From assembly GCA_015063685.1 (NCBI GenBank), contig SVTR01000014.1:2717-66716 (forward strand): a stretch of 64,000 nt of DNA. Reading direction: 5' to 3'. This DNA is from Oscillospiraceae bacterium (lineage in GTDB: Bacteria > Bacillota > Clostridia > Oscillospirales > CAG-272). Positions 17,470-27,379 of the stretch are shown piece by piece (position 1 is the stretch's first letter; every line of letters begins with the position of its first letter). Made by a program: the position numbers and the translations under genes. The notes below the pieces were generated by a model. That model ran no database searches. It saw only the letters and a list, made by a program, of their open reading frames with translations, and had not been told where the DNA came from.

Positions 17470-18837
17470 CCGTGTCAGCTTTTTCATCCAACGATAGCGG
17501 TTACACTTAATAAAGGCGGCGCCGCATTTGAATACCTGATCCGAGTTCAGGCAAATGACCACCGCCACCGGGGGCCAGTGAAAGACAAATGCCGCCAGGA
17601 AGGACAGCGGGATCACGATACACCAAATGCTGATGATATCGTTGATCATGACGAACTTTCCGTCACCTCCGCCACGGATGATACCGACAGCCGTGGGCAT
17701 CTGGTAAGCCGTACCAAAGCCCGTGACGCACAAAACCAAGATAAAATCCAAGGCCATCTGCCGTGTCTCAGGAGAAAGGTCGCTATACAGATTAACGATA
17801 GGCACTCGCAGGACAAACAGAAGCGTGGATGTGATCAGTCCTATGGCCACGAACATGAGCTGAAGAGTCTGGGTATAGGATCGGATCTTCCCCATCTCCC
17901 CGCTGCCGATGGCTTTCCCGATGAGAATAGAGGCCGCCGAGGCCGCTCCGATAGAGGCCACCTTGAGCATCTGAAACAGGGTAGAGGCCACGGAATTGGC
18001 GGCAATGGCGCTGTCGTTCATATGACCCAGGATCACGGTCTGTAAAAGGATCGAGGATCCAAAGATCAAGGAGGTCAGCAAAAAGGAGCGACAAAGCTTG
18101 TAATAATCCTTCACCAGCGGCTTGTCCCATCGGAACAGGTCACGGAGGCGCCATTTGAGCTTCTTATCGATGGCAAACACATAAACAACCACGATCACAA
18201 ATTCCGCTATGCGGGCAGACAGGGTGGCGATGGCCGCGCCGGTGGTTCCCAAGGCCGGGAAGCCCAGATTACCGTAGATCAAGAGATAATTGAGGGATAT
18301 ATTGACCACCAAGGTGGACACCGATACCCAAAAGCCCACCCGAACCGTTTCCACGCTTCGGAGCATGGATAAAAACAGCATGGTCAGGGCAAAAATGAGG
18401 TAAGAATATTTCATGACCCTCAGATACGTCACACCTTCGGCCTTGATGGCAGGCGATGTGGTAAACAGGGACATGAGCCCCTCCGGCGCAACGCAAGAGG
18501 CAATAAAAAGTCCCAGGGACAGGATAGCACCAAATAGAAGCGCGCCTATGGAAAAGCGCTTGATGGGCTCGGTGCGCTTTTGTCCCCAATATTGGCTACC
18601 CAGTACCACCACGGCGTCGCCGGCGCCCATGAGCAGCTGCTGGAATAAAAACTGGATCTGGTTGACGGCGGTAACACCCGAAAGGGCATCCTCGCTGTAC
18701 GCGCCCACCATCACGTTGTCCGCAAGATTGACGCCCAGCGTGATGATATTATAAAGCACCAAAACCCACCAGACCGAGAAGAATTGCCTGTAAAAATCCC
18801 GATCACGGGTCAGAGAAAACCGTATTTTTTTCATCAT
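17467..18837 (-). CDS. MATE-family efflux transporter
   Basis: ~455 aa, about 12 TM helices with the MATE-like two-half organisation. ATG at 18837 (MMKKIRF) is preferred over the GTG at 18864. The TAA stop lies inside the array 2 terminal motif. Confidence 0.7.
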   Translation of the reverse strand: MMKKIRFSLTRDRDFYRQFFSVWWVLVLYNIITLGVNLADNVMVGAYSEDALSGVTAVNQIQFLFQQLLMGAGDAVVVLGSQYWGQKRTEPIKRFSIGALLFGAILSLGLFIASCVAPEGLMSLFTTSPAIKAEGVTYLRVMKYSYLIFALTMLFLSMLRSVETVRVGFWVSVSTLVVNISLNYLLIYGNLGFPALGTTGAAIATLSARIAEFVIVVVYVFAIDKKLKWRLRDLFRWDKPLVKDYYKLCRSFLLTSLIFGSSILLQTVILGHMNDSAIAANSVASTLFQMLKVASIGAASAASILIGKAIGSGEMGKIRSYTQTLQLMFVAIGLITSTLLFVLRVPIVNLYSDLSPETRQMALDFILVLCVTGFGTAYQMPTAVGIIRGGGDGKFVMINDIISIWCIVIPLSFLAAFVFHWPPVAVVICLNSDQVFKCGAAFIKCNRYRWMKKLTR

Positions 18838-18902
18838 AACATGCCACAATATGTAAGCCGCCACATAAAGCGGCGGCTTATGATTTTACTCAAGATAGAA
18901 TA

Positions 18903-19142
18903 TCATTTAATAACCTTTGCGAAAACAAGGATCTGGATCACGATACCGGCCAGCACATAAAGATCAAGCAGACCGCCTACCAGACCGCAAATGATATTAA
19001 CAATGGGGATCAGCGCAGTAATACCGATCACAACGCCGCCGATGATACCAACAACAAGGTAAATCAAAATACCGATAATGAGGTTGGGAACATCCTTAGT
19101 AAATTTGAAGGACAGCGGGAAGAGCTTCTTCAATGCATCCAT
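18903..19142 (-). CDS. Small membrane protein (79 aa, two TM helices)
   Basis: ATG at 19142 is 8 nt after GGAGG. Hydrophobic G/I/V-rich helices. Confidence 0.55.
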   Translation of the reverse strand: MDALKKLFPLSFKFTKDVPNLIIGILIYLVVGIIGGVVIGITALIPIVNIICGLVGGLLDLYVLAGIVIQILVFAKVIK

Positions 19143-19212
19143 AGTAAATACCTCCATAATAAAGTTTGAATAAAAGCCGGGCTATGCCCACCGATTCATA
19201 TTATAGCGCAAT

Positions 19213-19228
19213 TTGACATAAATGTCAA
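19213..19228. promoter_or_regulatory. Perfect 6-4-6 palindrome upstream of ldhA (possible operator)
   Basis: TTGACA-TAAA-TGTCAA, about 85 nt upstream of the ldhA start. The binding factor is unknown. Confidence 0.3.
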
Positions 19229-19313
19229 GCGTATTGGCGAAAAAGAGAACAACATTTTTCACATATTTGACAAATATTTCAATAAAACAATACGAAAAGA
19301 GGAGAAAATCCAC

Positions 19314-20303
19314 ATGAAAATAGCCTTTTTTGATACCAAGCCCTACGACCTGACCTATTTTGAGCCTATGGGCAAGGAAGCGGGTATTCAATTCAAATTT
19401 TACGAGACCAAGCTGAATGAGAATACGGCCAGTCTGGCCCGTGGGTGCGACGGTGTCTGCGCCTTCGTCAACGACGTGGTGACCGCCGCCGTCATTGATG
19501 CGCTTTGCGATATTGGCGTCCGCATCCTGGCGTTGCGCTGCGCGGGCTTTAACAACGTGGATATGCGCCACGCCGAGGGCAAGCTCACGGTGGTGCGGGT
19601 CCCCGCCTATTCTCCCTACGCCGTGGCAGAGCACGCCATGGCTCTGCTGCTCACCTCCATCCGCCGCATCCACAAGGCCTATATCCGCACTCGTGACTAT
19701 AATTTCAGTCTCAACAACATGGTGGGCTTTGATCTTCACGGCAAGACCGTGGGCATCGTGGGCACCGGTAAGATCGGCCGCGTATTTGCTGATATCTGCA
19801 AGGGCTTCGGCATGAAGATCCTGGCCTACGATAAATACCCCTCGCCCCTGGAGGGTGTGTCCTACGTCCCTCTCGATCAGCTCCTCAGAGAAAGCGACAT
19901 CATTTCCCTGCACTGCCCCCTTACCGAGGAGAGCCGCCACCTCATCGGATACGACACCCTGCCCATCCTCAAAAAAGGCGTTGTCATCATCAACACCTCT
20001 CGCGGCGGCTTGATCAACGCGGAGGCTCTTCTGGAGGGCATCAAATCCCGTCAGATCGGCGCGGCCTGCCTGGATGTGTACGAGGAGGAGGGTGATCTCT
20101 TCTACGAGGACAACTCGGGACATATCCTGGAGGACGACGTGCTGGCACGGCTCATCTCCATGCCCAACGTCATCGTCACCTCTCACCAGGCTTTCCTGAC
20201 GTCCGACGCCCTCTACAACATCGCCGAAACCACGGTAGCCAATCTGGTGTCCTTCCGTGAGACCGGTACCTGTGAGAATGAGATCCTGCTGAGCCACCTG
20301 TAA
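19314..20303 (+). CDS. ldhA: D-isomer-specific 2-hydroxyacid dehydrogenase (D-lactate dehydrogenase-like)
   Basis: NAD fold VGIVGTGKIGRV, catalytic R/E/H pattern and C-terminal VTSHQAFLT. AGGAGAA SD. Confidence 0.85.
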   Translation: MKIAFFDTKPYDLTYFEPMGKEAGIQFKFYETKLNENTASLARGCDGVCAFVNDVVTAAVIDALCDIGVRILALRCAGFNNVDMRHAEGKLTVVRVPAYSPYAVAEHAMALLLTSIRRIHKAYIRTRDYNFSLNNMVGFDLHGKTVGIVGTGKIGRVFADICKGFGMKILAYDKYPSPLEGVSYVPLDQLLRESDIISLHCPLTEESRHLIGYDTLPILKKGVVIINTSRGGLINAEALLEGIKSRQIGAACLDVYEEEGDLFYEDNSGHILEDDVLARLISMPNVIVTSHQAFLTSDALYNIAETTVANLVSFRETGTCENEILLSHL

Positions 20304-20331
20304 CGATGCCGTCAAAAGGGTATCTCTAAAA

Positions 20332-20367
20332 ATCTGTGCAATCCCCCTTTGCACAGATTTTTGTTTT
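20332..20367 (+). terminator. Intrinsic terminator after ldhA
   Basis: ATCTGTGCA (20332..20340) / TGCACAGAT (20350..20358) followed by TTTTTGTTTT. Confidence 0.8.
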
Positions 20368-20386
20368 CAGAATTTTTTCATTTGGC

Positions 20387-20412
20387 GAAACTTTCGGGTC
20401 TTTTTTGTCGTC
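20387..20412 (+). promoter_or_regulatory. ECF-type promoter candidate
   Basis: GAAAC (20387..20391), 17 nt, CGTC (20409..20412). It resembles the AAC-N16/17-CGT pattern of autoregulated ECF sigma promoters. Confidence 0.4.
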
Positions 20413-20488
20413 TTATTATATGAAGGGAATCTCATATGACCTTCAAGAGAGTCGGACATTTCAATCCCCACGGAAGGAGACCACAAAC

Positions 20489-21046
20489 ATGGATGACAGT
20501 CGCATCATCTCGCTATACTGGGCCAGGGATGAACAAGCCATCAGCGAGACGGCTACAAAATACGGCACCTATTGCCTTCAGATTGCCATGAACATACTTC
20601 ACAATATGCAGGATTCCGAGGAGTGTGTCAACGATACATATTTGCGTACGTGGAACGCCATCCCACCGGAGCGTCCAAACCATTTCGGGGCTTTCCTCGG
20701 AAAGATCACCCGCCGTCTGTCACTGGACCGCCTTAAAGCCCGTCACGCCGAAAAACGAACGGGAGACCGATGGAGCGTCTCCTTTGACGAGCTGGGAGAT
20801 TGTCTTCCCTCCGGAGATTACGAGGCAGACACAGATGCCCGCGCCATTGGTGATGCCATCAACAGCTTTCTGAAAAAAGAGCTGCCCACCGCGAGAAAGA
20901 TCTTCGTGTGCCGATACTTCTACGGCGACAGTCTGGAAGAGATCAGCCATCGGCTGGGCATATCCGAGGCCAAGGTAAAGTCCTCCCTGTTTCGCTCCCG
21001 CAACCGCCTGAAGGCTCATCTGGAAAAGGAGGGCATTGGATTATGA
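20489..21046 (+). CDS. ECF-type RNA polymerase sigma-70 family factor
   Basis: Region 2 (DSEECVNDTYLRTWN) and region 4 HTH (SLEEISHRLGISEAKVKSSLFRSRNRLK). GGAAGGAGA SD precedes the ATG at 20489. Confidence 0.85.
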   Translation: MDDSRIISLYWARDEQAISETATKYGTYCLQIAMNILHNMQDSEECVNDTYLRTWNAIPPERPNHFGAFLGKITRRLSLDRLKARHAEKRTGDRWSVSFDELGDCLPSGDYEADTDARAIGDAINSFLKKELPTARKIFVCRYFYGDSLEEISHRLGISEAKVKSSLFRSRNRLKAHLEKEGIGL

Positions 21047-21426
21047 ATGACAAATCCTTCCTCATGGCCGAAGCCATGAGCTATATTGACGACCGTTTTC
21101 TGGAGGAGGCTCACCCCGAGGCCCGGGGTATGACCCAGGAGCAGGTCAACAAAAGGAAGACTCTCAAGCAGATCGCCCTGGTTGCTTGTCTTTGTCTGGT
21201 GGCCATCGGTGTTGCGCGACTCCCTTCCCTGAACGAAAGCGCCAGCGACATGTGGGTAGGAAATGGGGCGGCTCCCGAAGCCAACCAACCTTTTGGGGAT
21301 ATAGCAAACGATGGGGCATCTCCCGACGGAAACACCGGTAGCAGTATGGCCCCCGGCATGTCAGAAAGTCTTGACAGCGGGGAAAGCGAGAGCTGTACGG
21401 CAGAAGAGACCGAAGACAACACCTGA
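21043..21426 (+). CDS. Putative anti-sigma factor (single-pass membrane protein)
   Basis: ATGA start/stop overlap with the sigma gene. ~45-aa cytoplasmic N-terminus, one TM helix (IALVACLCLVAIGVA) and an acidic extracytoplasmic tail. Confidence 0.55.
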   Translation: MNDKSFLMAEAMSYIDDRFLEEAHPEARGMTQEQVNKRKTLKQIALVACLCLVAIGVARLPSLNESASDMWVGNGAAPEANQPFGDIANDGASPDGNTGSSMAPGMSESLDSGESESCTAEETEDNT

Positions 21427-21446
21427 AATCAAACAAGGAGGCAAAC

Positions 21447-22718
21447 ATGAAAACCAAGCTCACCACCATCCTATCCCTGATCCTTGCCCTCGTCATAGGG
21501 GTAGGCACTACCCTGCCCATGACGGGATGCGCCGTGACGGTCAAGGCTGAGGAATTGTCCGCCGACTATACAAGAACAGCCACCGATGAGGGCGAGGTCA
21601 CCGACGCCTTCATCACCGCCATGGCTGATTTCTCCATGACATTGTTTAATACCACCGTATCCGCCGACAAAGAAACCGGCAAGGAAAATCACCTGGTCTC
21701 TCCCCTGTCCGCTATGATATGCCTTGCCATGATCGCCAACGGCGCCGAGGGCGAGACACTAACCCAAATGGAAACCGCTCTGGGCATGGATATCCAAGCG
21801 CTTAACAAAGCTCTGTATGCCTACACCCAAAGCCTGTATACCGACGAGGACTGCAAGGTGTCCATCGCTGACTCCATCTGGTATCGGGATCAGGACGGCC
21901 TCAAGGTCAAGGAGGAATTCCTGCAGGCCTGCGCCGATTGGTATCAGGCTCAGCAGTACAAGGTGCCCTTTGACGAGGAGACCCGCAAGGACATCAACAA
22001 CTGGGTCAATAAGTACACCGACGGCATGATCGATAAGATTTTAGATGAGCCCATTGCGGCGGATGTCATGATGTACGTCATCAACGCCCTGGTATTCGAC
22101 GCCAAATGGCTGGAGAAATACGAAAAGTCCGACGTCACGGACAGAGATTTCACATCTCTGGACGGCACGAAGGTTCAGCTTCCTACCCTCCATTCCGAGG
22201 AATCCGTGTACCTGTCTCTCAAAAACGGCTGTGGCTTTGCCAAGAAGTACAAGGGCGGAGCTTACAGCTTCGTAGGTCTCCTCCCCGACGAGGATGTGGA
22301 CGTGTATGCTTTTGCCGCCGCCCTGGACGGTGCCGCTTGGACATCCATGTGGAAGAGCAAGACCACCGAAACGGTGATGGTGCGTTTCCCCGAGTTCACC
22401 TATGACAGCGACATGGACCTGACGCCTATCCTGCAATCCATGGGCATGACCAACCTGTTTAAGAGCGGTGCGGCGGATCTCACAGGTCTCGGCACCTACG
22501 ACGGCGGTAATCTTTACTGCTCAGGTGTGTATCAGAAGACCTTCATTGAGGTAAGCCGCAACGGCACCAAGGCTGCCGCGGTCACCTGGGGCGCGGTCTG
22601 CGGAAACTCCGCGTCTGCGGAACCTAAATACGTTTACCTTGACAGGCCCTTCCTGTACGCCATCGTGGACAACGCTACGGGATTGCCCTTGTTTGTGGGT
22701 ATTGTCACCTCCCTATGA
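21447..22718 (+). CDS. Serpin-family serine protease inhibitor, lipoprotein
   Basis: Lipobox LPMTGC, serpin core (LVSPLSAMICLAMIANGAEGETL), inhibitory-type hinge EVSRNGTKAAAVTWG and C-terminal DRPFLYAIVD. AAGGAGG SD. Confidence 0.85.
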   Translation: MKTKLTTILSLILALVIGVGTTLPMTGCAVTVKAEELSADYTRTATDEGEVTDAFITAMADFSMTLFNTTVSADKETGKENHLVSPLSAMICLAMIANGAEGETLTQMETALGMDIQALNKALYAYTQSLYTDEDCKVSIADSIWYRDQDGLKVKEEFLQACADWYQAQQYKVPFDEETRKDINNWVNKYTDGMIDKILDEPIAADVMMYVINALVFDAKWLEKYEKSDVTDRDFTSLDGTKVQLPTLHSEESVYLSLKNGCGFAKKYKGGAYSFVGLLPDEDVDVYAFAAALDGAAWTSMWKSKTTETVMVRFPEFTYDSDMDLTPILQSMGMTNLFKSGAADLTGLGTYDGGNLYCSGVYQKTFIEVSRNGTKAAAVTWGAVCGNSASAEPKYVYLDRPFLYAIVDNATGLPLFVGIVTSL

Positions 22719-22728
22719 TAAAGTGTAA

Positions 22729-22762
22729 AGGGTTGAGTCCCCGTGACTCAACCCTTCTTTTA
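22729..22762 (+). terminator. Bidirectional intrinsic terminator (serpin / sigE convergent)
   Basis: AGGGTTGAGTC / GACTCAACCCT hairpin followed by TCTTTTAT. Confidence 0.75.
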
Positions 22763-23482
22763 TACAACTCCCTCCATCTCCCGACGGAGCTTGGCGAGGA
22801 TCCTTTTTTCCAGCCGTGAAATATAGGACTGGGAGATCCCCAGCATATCCGCTACCTCCTTTTGGGTCAGCTCCTGCCGTCCCCCCAAGCCGAAGCGATG
22901 CTCAATGATCATCCGCTCTCTGGCGGACAAATGGCTGACGGCACGGTAAAGGGCTTTCTTCTCCTCGGCCTCTTCAATGGCTCGGCTCACCGAGTCCTCA
23001 TCACTGCCCAGAACATCCGACAAAAGCAGCTCATTGCCGTCCCAATCGGTATTGAGCGGCTCATCCAGGGAGACCTCGTGCCGTCCGCTGATCTTTCTCA
23101 GATACATAAGGATCTCGTTTTCAATACAGCGGGAGGCATAGGTAGCCAGCTTGATATTCTTATCCGAGCGGAAGGTGCTGACTGCCTTCACCAGCCCCAA
23201 GGTACCGATGGAAATGAGATCCTCAATACCCACACCGGTATTCTCAAATCGGCGGGCAATAAAGGCCACCAGTCGCAAATTGCGCTCGATCAGAAGAGCG
23301 CGGGCGGCCGCCTCTCCCTCCCCGCCCGCCTCCAGGCAAGCGACGGCTTCTGCCTCCTCTTCTCTTGTCAAGGGTTGGGGCAAAAGCTCGGGGCCGTTGA
23401 TGTAATACAGTCCCTTGGCTCGGTATAGCCGCCTTTGCCAAAGCAGGCGGATTTTTCGGCGCAGGGTTTGAAACAGCTTCAT
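22760..23482 (-). CDS. sigE: Sporulation sigma factor SigE (pro-sigma-E)
   Basis: Immediately downstream of spoIIGA. Pro-sequence, then regions 2-4 ([50 protein letters not shown]). ATG at 23482 follows GGAAAGGAAGG. Confidence 0.85.
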   Translation of the reverse strand: MKLFQTLRRKIRLLWQRRLYRAKGLYYINGPELLPQPLTREEEAEAVACLEAGGEGEAAARALLIERNLRLVAFIARRFENTGVGIEDLISIGTLGLVKAVSTFRSDKNIKLATYASRCIENEILMYLRKISGRHEVSLDEPLNTDWDGNELLLSDVLGSDEDSVSRAIEEAEEKKALYRAVSHLSARERMIIEHRFGLGGRQELTQKEVADMLGISQSYISRLEKRILAKLRREMEGVV

Positions 23483-23514
23483 AAGATCCTTCCTTTCCCG
23501 TATGTAATTCATGA

Positions 23515-24387
23515 TCATAGCAAAAGACAAGCAGGCACCAGGGCTTGGGCCGTGGTCCCCTCCAAAGCTACAGGACTGATCAACGCCTTGACTCGTTGGG
23601 GGGCGGGGGCTCCTTCCATCCCGCTCAGCCACACCTCGTCCATTTGAAAAGCAGGGAGAAGGGTGTGACCCGCGGCGGTATCCGTGGGAATCAACCGCAA
23701 TCTGTCTGCCTCAGGCAACGAGGTCACCTTTTCCACAGGCAAGGGTATCTCCGCAAGCCACGCTTGCAGCTCCCTCGATAAAAGCGGCGACAGATCTGCC
23801 ATATGCATGATCACCACGGGGGTACCGCTGATGGGGTCGGTCAGCAGATTGCCGCTATCAATCATACCCTCCACCGTCACAGACCTTTGCGCCGTTTTCA
23901 CGGTTACCAATACCTTGGTAGCACGGCGGCTTTCAGACCTACGAAAGATCCTTCCCCAAAGAAGCGTAAAAATGCCCCCAAAAGCAGCCAGCAGCAAAAA
24001 GGCCACCGTTGAAATTCCTTCGTCACCTCCCGGTAAGAGCTGAGCTACGCCCGCACGATTGAGCCAAGTGTACAGAGCGGTCATCACCCCACCCGTAACC
24101 ATAGAAACCAGGACGTAAAGACCTCCCGTCAGCCATAGCTTGACCACACCAAAGGCCACACCGCACATGAGAAAGCAAACCGCCAGGTCAGCAAGCAACG
24201 CAGGGAGAGAGCCCACCTCCAAAAAGAGGGCTATGACCCCATAGAATCCCCCTAAAGCAGCAGCAACGCCAAGGCGCGGCAAGGGCAGAGGACGGTGAAG
24301 CAGCTTGGATGTCAGAATCAGGCACAGGCTATCCATCCCGAAATTAATCAAAAACAGAATATCGGCATACACGTCAACAGGCGGCAT
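23515..24387 (-). CDS. spoIIGA: Sigma-E processing peptidase SpoIIGA
   Basis: Five N-terminal TM helices plus an aspartic protease motif [21 protein letters not shown] at 24387 follows GGAGG. Confidence 0.85.
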   Translation of the reverse strand: MPPVDVYADILFLINFGMDSLCLILTSKLLHRPLPLPRLGVAAALGGFYGVIALFLEVGSLPALLADLAVCFLMCGVAFGVVKLWLTGGLYVLVSMVTGGVMTALYTWLNRAGVAQLLPGGDEGISTVAFLLLAAFGGIFTLLWGRIFRRSESRRATKVLVTVKTAQRSVTVEGMIDSGNLLTDPISGTPVVIMHMADLSPLLSRELQAWLAEIPLPVEKVTSLPEADRLRLIPTDTAAGHTLLPAFQMDEVWLSGMEGAPAPQRVKALISPVALEGTTAQALVPACLLL

Positions 24388-24542
24388 AGGCTCCTCCGTG
24401 GTCAATAAGGTTCTCTGAGATTGCCCTCCTATTATACACCGCCGCGGGTGCATTGTTTGTCGTTATGAGGAGCATGTGCAGATTTGATTCGGTCGTTAGG
24501 AAGGCTTCCATATCACTTTATGCGTCTCGCTCCCTCAATATG

Positions 24543-24581
24543 CAAAAAACGGGTGTTGCACACAGGCAACACCCGTTTTTT
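24543..24581 (-). terminator. Bidirectional intrinsic terminator after the ACP gene
   Basis: AAAAAACGGGTGTTGC...GCAACACCCGTTTTTT perfect hairpin, with A/T tracts on both sides. Confidence 0.8.
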
Positions 24582-24603
24582 AAGGTGACTCAAAGTTTTG
24601 GAA

Positions 24604-24825
24604 TCAGCGGGACTCCAGGAACTCAACCACATCGCCCACCGTGAGGAAGCGATGAATATCCTCGTCGTCAATGGTCAGATCAAACTTGTCTTCGCAGAGC
24701 ATCACCAGGTTGGCAAGCTCAATGGAATTGATACCGAGATCGGCAGACAGCTCAGCCTCGGGGGTGATGGTGGACGGATCGATCTGAAGCTCATCCACGA
24801 GAATCTTCTTTACAGTCTCGAACAT
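24604..24825 (-). CDS. Acyl carrier protein (73 aa)
   Basis: MFETVKKILVDELQID...DLGINSIELANLV, a phosphopantetheine-attachment Ser context. The long N-terminal extension in the ORF track (to 25347) is non-coding-like. Confidence 0.75.
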   Translation of the reverse strand: MFETVKKILVDELQIDPSTITPEAELSADLGINSIELANLVMLCEDKFDLTIDDEDIHRFLTVGDVVEFLESR

Positions 24826-24932
24826 AAGTAAACTCCATTCTTCAAAACGGAGAGGCATGAGCCCTCCGTGTATTATCCTTTGTATTATAACCCACTTTTT
24901 TGTGTTTGTCAAGATTAATTTTCCTTTTTTTA

Positions 24933-24961
24933 TTGACAGATAACGCGGAATTTTGTAAAAT
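24933..24961 (+). promoter_or_regulatory. Sigma-A promoter for comEC
   Basis: TTGACA (24933..24938), 17 nt, TAAAAT (24956..24961), with a TG extended -10. Confidence 0.55.
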
Positions 24962-25000
24962 ACTTGTAAAGAAACAACATTCTGGAAAGGAGCGTGTATC

Positions 25001-27316
25001 ATGGGCATTTTCAAAAATCGACCGTTATTTTCGGTGACCTGCGCCGTAATGATCACATCCTTACTCGGATTTTTTCTCATCCCACGGGCCAAGGTGCTGA
25101 TAGCGGTTCTCTGTCTGGCAGTCTGCGGTACATTGGGGATCGGTTTGATCATAAGAAAGCGCAAGCTCGGTCTCCCCTGCCCCGGTAGCCGGCTTCTCAT
25201 CTGCGGGCTCCTACTTTTCGTGTCTCTCACCCTTTTCCGCTCCGTTGTCGTCATTGACCGTGCCGAGGCCGAGGCCAAGGGCTTTGAGGGGGAGGCTTGT
25301 GAGGTGGAGGCTACCGTCACCGAACGTCGCGGCTCAGGCGGAAACATGAGCTCCTATGTCCTGGACGTGTCCTCGGTCAATGGGGAAACCGTCCATTACA
25401 ACGCTCTGCTCACCTGCTATTACGTAGCCGATCTGAAGCCGGGCTTCACCGTCCGTCTCACCGCCGAGGCCGTCTCTTTATCCGAGTCCTCAGGCGATGT
25501 GTACGAGGAATATGCCCTGATGGGCGATGGAATTTTTGGCGGTTTTCTGTCCATGACCGATGCCGATTGCCACATCATCAGCGAGGATCCCCCGTCCCTG
25601 CGCCTTCGGATCGCGCGGCACAGGATCTCCCTGTCAGAGGAGCTCAAGCTGCGCTTTGGCGACAAAGCCGGTGGCCTTCCCTCCTCCCTCCTGTTAGGGG
25701 ATCGAAGCCATCTGCCCACCGAGGTCAAGCGCGACTTCGCAAGAACCGGTGTCTCCCATCTGCTGGCCATCAGCGGCCTCCACATGACGTTGATCTTCGG
25801 CATGCTGGCCGCCATTCTGAAGTTTGTCGGCATTCCGCCCAGAGTCAGAGCTCTCCCTTTGGGCTTGGGGGCTGCGGCGTATCTATTCTACCTCGGCTTC
25901 CCTCCCTCTGCCACCCGCGCCGTGATCATGCTGGGCATGACCTATCTGGCGACCCTCTGCTTTGCGGGGGCGGATTCCCTCACCTCTTTGGGTGTGGCGG
26001 GCGCTGGCATTCTGCTGGTCTCGCCCCTGACCGTGGCGGACGTGGGCTTTTGGATGTCCTTCTCCACCGCCTTCAGCCTCCTGACCGTACTTCCCATGAT
26101 TAATCCACCCGTAGAAGCTGCCAAAAAGCCTGGCCTTGTCCGTCAGCTATGGCGCAGAGGTGTACGAAAGGTGCTGTATGGTCTCGCGGCAGGCGTGGTA
26201 GCCGTGACCTTCTCACTCTGGATCACCGTGCCTGTGATGGGGGAAATAAGCTGGTTCTCCGCGCCGTTCACCCTGCTTTTGACACCGCTGATTGGTCTGT
26301 TACTTGTGCTTGTCCCTCTGTCCGTGCTTCTGAGCAACACGCCTTTGACCCCTCTCCTGGATTCCGCCATTCAAGGCATTTCCTCCGCTATCACCGAGCT
26401 TTGTGAAACGGGCGCTCGGCAGTCCTGGGCGGTGCTCTCCCTCAGGGACGGTCTTGTAACCATTGTCGTTCTCCTTATGGTGGTGTTGACCCTGCTTCTG
26501 ATGGGTCTTTCCCTGAAAAAGAAGGGATGGATCATGGCTCCTATGGCAGCAGGATGGCTGGCCATTCTCTTGATTCTGGGCATCCGTGGGGTGATGGGAA
26601 GCCAAGAGATACAAGCGTCTTATCTGACCGCCTCCTCCACCTCCGAAATGATGGTCATGACCCGAGGACAGGAGGCGGTGATCTTTGATCTTTCGGGAGG
26701 AAGCCGTCGAGCCTTTACCGCCGCCGCCAACGAAGCGGCACAGCAGGGTGCCACCGAGATTTCGGCCTTGATCCTCACCGACTATCATTCTGCCACCGCA
26801 GGGGTTTTGTATCGCTTTGTCCGAAGTGAAACCGTCCGTGCGCTCTGGCTCCCCCGCCCCACCTGCGAGGAGGATTACTATCTCATGCTCTCCTGTCTGG
26901 AAGCGGTTGAAGACACCGACACATCGGTAACCGTCTACCGACACGGAGAGGATCTGACCCTTTTCGGGCAAGCCAAGCTAACGGTGGAGCGCACCATGAT
27001 CAGCCGTTCTGTCCGCCCCGTTCTTCTCCTCTCTCTGCAAACGCCCGCCCATGAGATGACCTTATGTGGCAGAAGTATTCTGGAAAGCGATCTCAAAGAG
27101 ACGGCGCTTCGCGCCATGACACATAGCGACACCGTCATTCTGAGCAACATAGGGCCTGAGATCAGAGAGAAAATGAACTGCGCCTTTGACCATTCCACAG
27201 AACAAGTTTGCCTGGCCAATGAAACAGTGGCCGCCCATCTGTCCCCTGAAGGCTATCCCCACGACGATACTCTTGTCACCATCGGCTCCTGTCGGTTCAC
27301 CATCAAAATCGAATAA
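25001..27316 (+). CDS. comEC: DNA internalization competence protein ComEC/Rec2
   Basis: Polytopic competence domain (GVSHLLAISGLHMTLIF) plus a C-terminal metallo-beta-lactamase-like domain. 771 aa. Confidence 0.85.
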   Translation: MGIFKNRPLFSVTCAVMITSLLGFFLIPRAKVLIAVLCLAVCGTLGIGLIIRKRKLGLPCPGSRLLICGLLLFVSLTLFRSVVVIDRAEAEAKGFEGEACEVEATVTERRGSGGNMSSYVLDVSSVNGETVHYNALLTCYYVADLKPGFTVRLTAEAVSLSESSGDVYEEYALMGDGIFGGFLSMTDADCHIISEDPPSLRLRIARHRISLSEELKLRFGDKAGGLPSSLLLGDRSHLPTEVKRDFARTGVSHLLAISGLHMTLIFGMLAAILKFVGIPPRVRALPLGLGAAAYLFYLGFPPSATRAVIMLGMTYLATLCFAGADSLTSLGVAGAGILLVSPLTVADVGFWMSFSTAFSLLTVLPMINPPVEAAKKPGLVRQLWRRGVRKVLYGLAAGVVAVTFSLWITVPVMGEISWFSAPFTLLLTPLIGLLLVLVPLSVLLSNTPLTPLLDSAIQGISSAITELCETGARQSWAVLSLRDGLVTIVVLLMVVLTLLLMGLSLKKKGWIMAPMAAGWLAILLILGIRGVMGSQEIQASYLTASSTSEMMVMTRGQEAVIFDLSGGSRRAFTAAANEAAQQGATEISALILTDYHSATAGVLYRFVRSETVRALWLPRPTCEEDYYLMLSCLEAVEDTDTSVTVYRHGEDLTLFGQAKLTVERTMISRSVRPVLLLSLQTPAHEMTLCGRSILESDLKETALRAMTHSDTVILSNIGPEIREKMNCAFDHSTEQVCLANETVAAHLSPEGYPHDDTLVTIGSCRFTIKIE

Positions 27317-27332
27317 TTCCTGATAACGTCAA

Positions 27333-27379
27333 GGGGCATGCCCAAGTCATCTCCCAGGCTCGGGTATGCCCCTTTTTTT
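27333..27379 (+). terminator. Intrinsic terminator after comEC
   Basis: GGGGCAT...ATGCCCC hairpin followed by T7. Confidence 0.75.

Noticed and set aside
20314-20330. GGGTATCTCTAAAAATC next to the ldhA terminator, which resembles a MITE family 1 TIR
   Set aside because: It is a single end with no partner TIR, TSD or internal homology. It could be a remnant or chance, and cannot be supported.
19182-20354. Long antisense ORFs opposite ldhA, and similar ones at 6275..7171, 29200..30339, 32644..33597, 33428..34690, 44340..45566, 53683..54861 and 62030..63208
   Set aside because: Each lies opposite a gene with clear family motifs, has a repetitive G/V/H/D-rich composition and lacks ribosome-binding sites. 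They are artefacts of high GC3 on the coding strand.
21447-22718. The serpin as eukaryotic contamination
   Set aside because: It has a bacterial lipoprotein signal, a strong SD, host-like GC and operon linkage to a sigma/anti-sigma pair.
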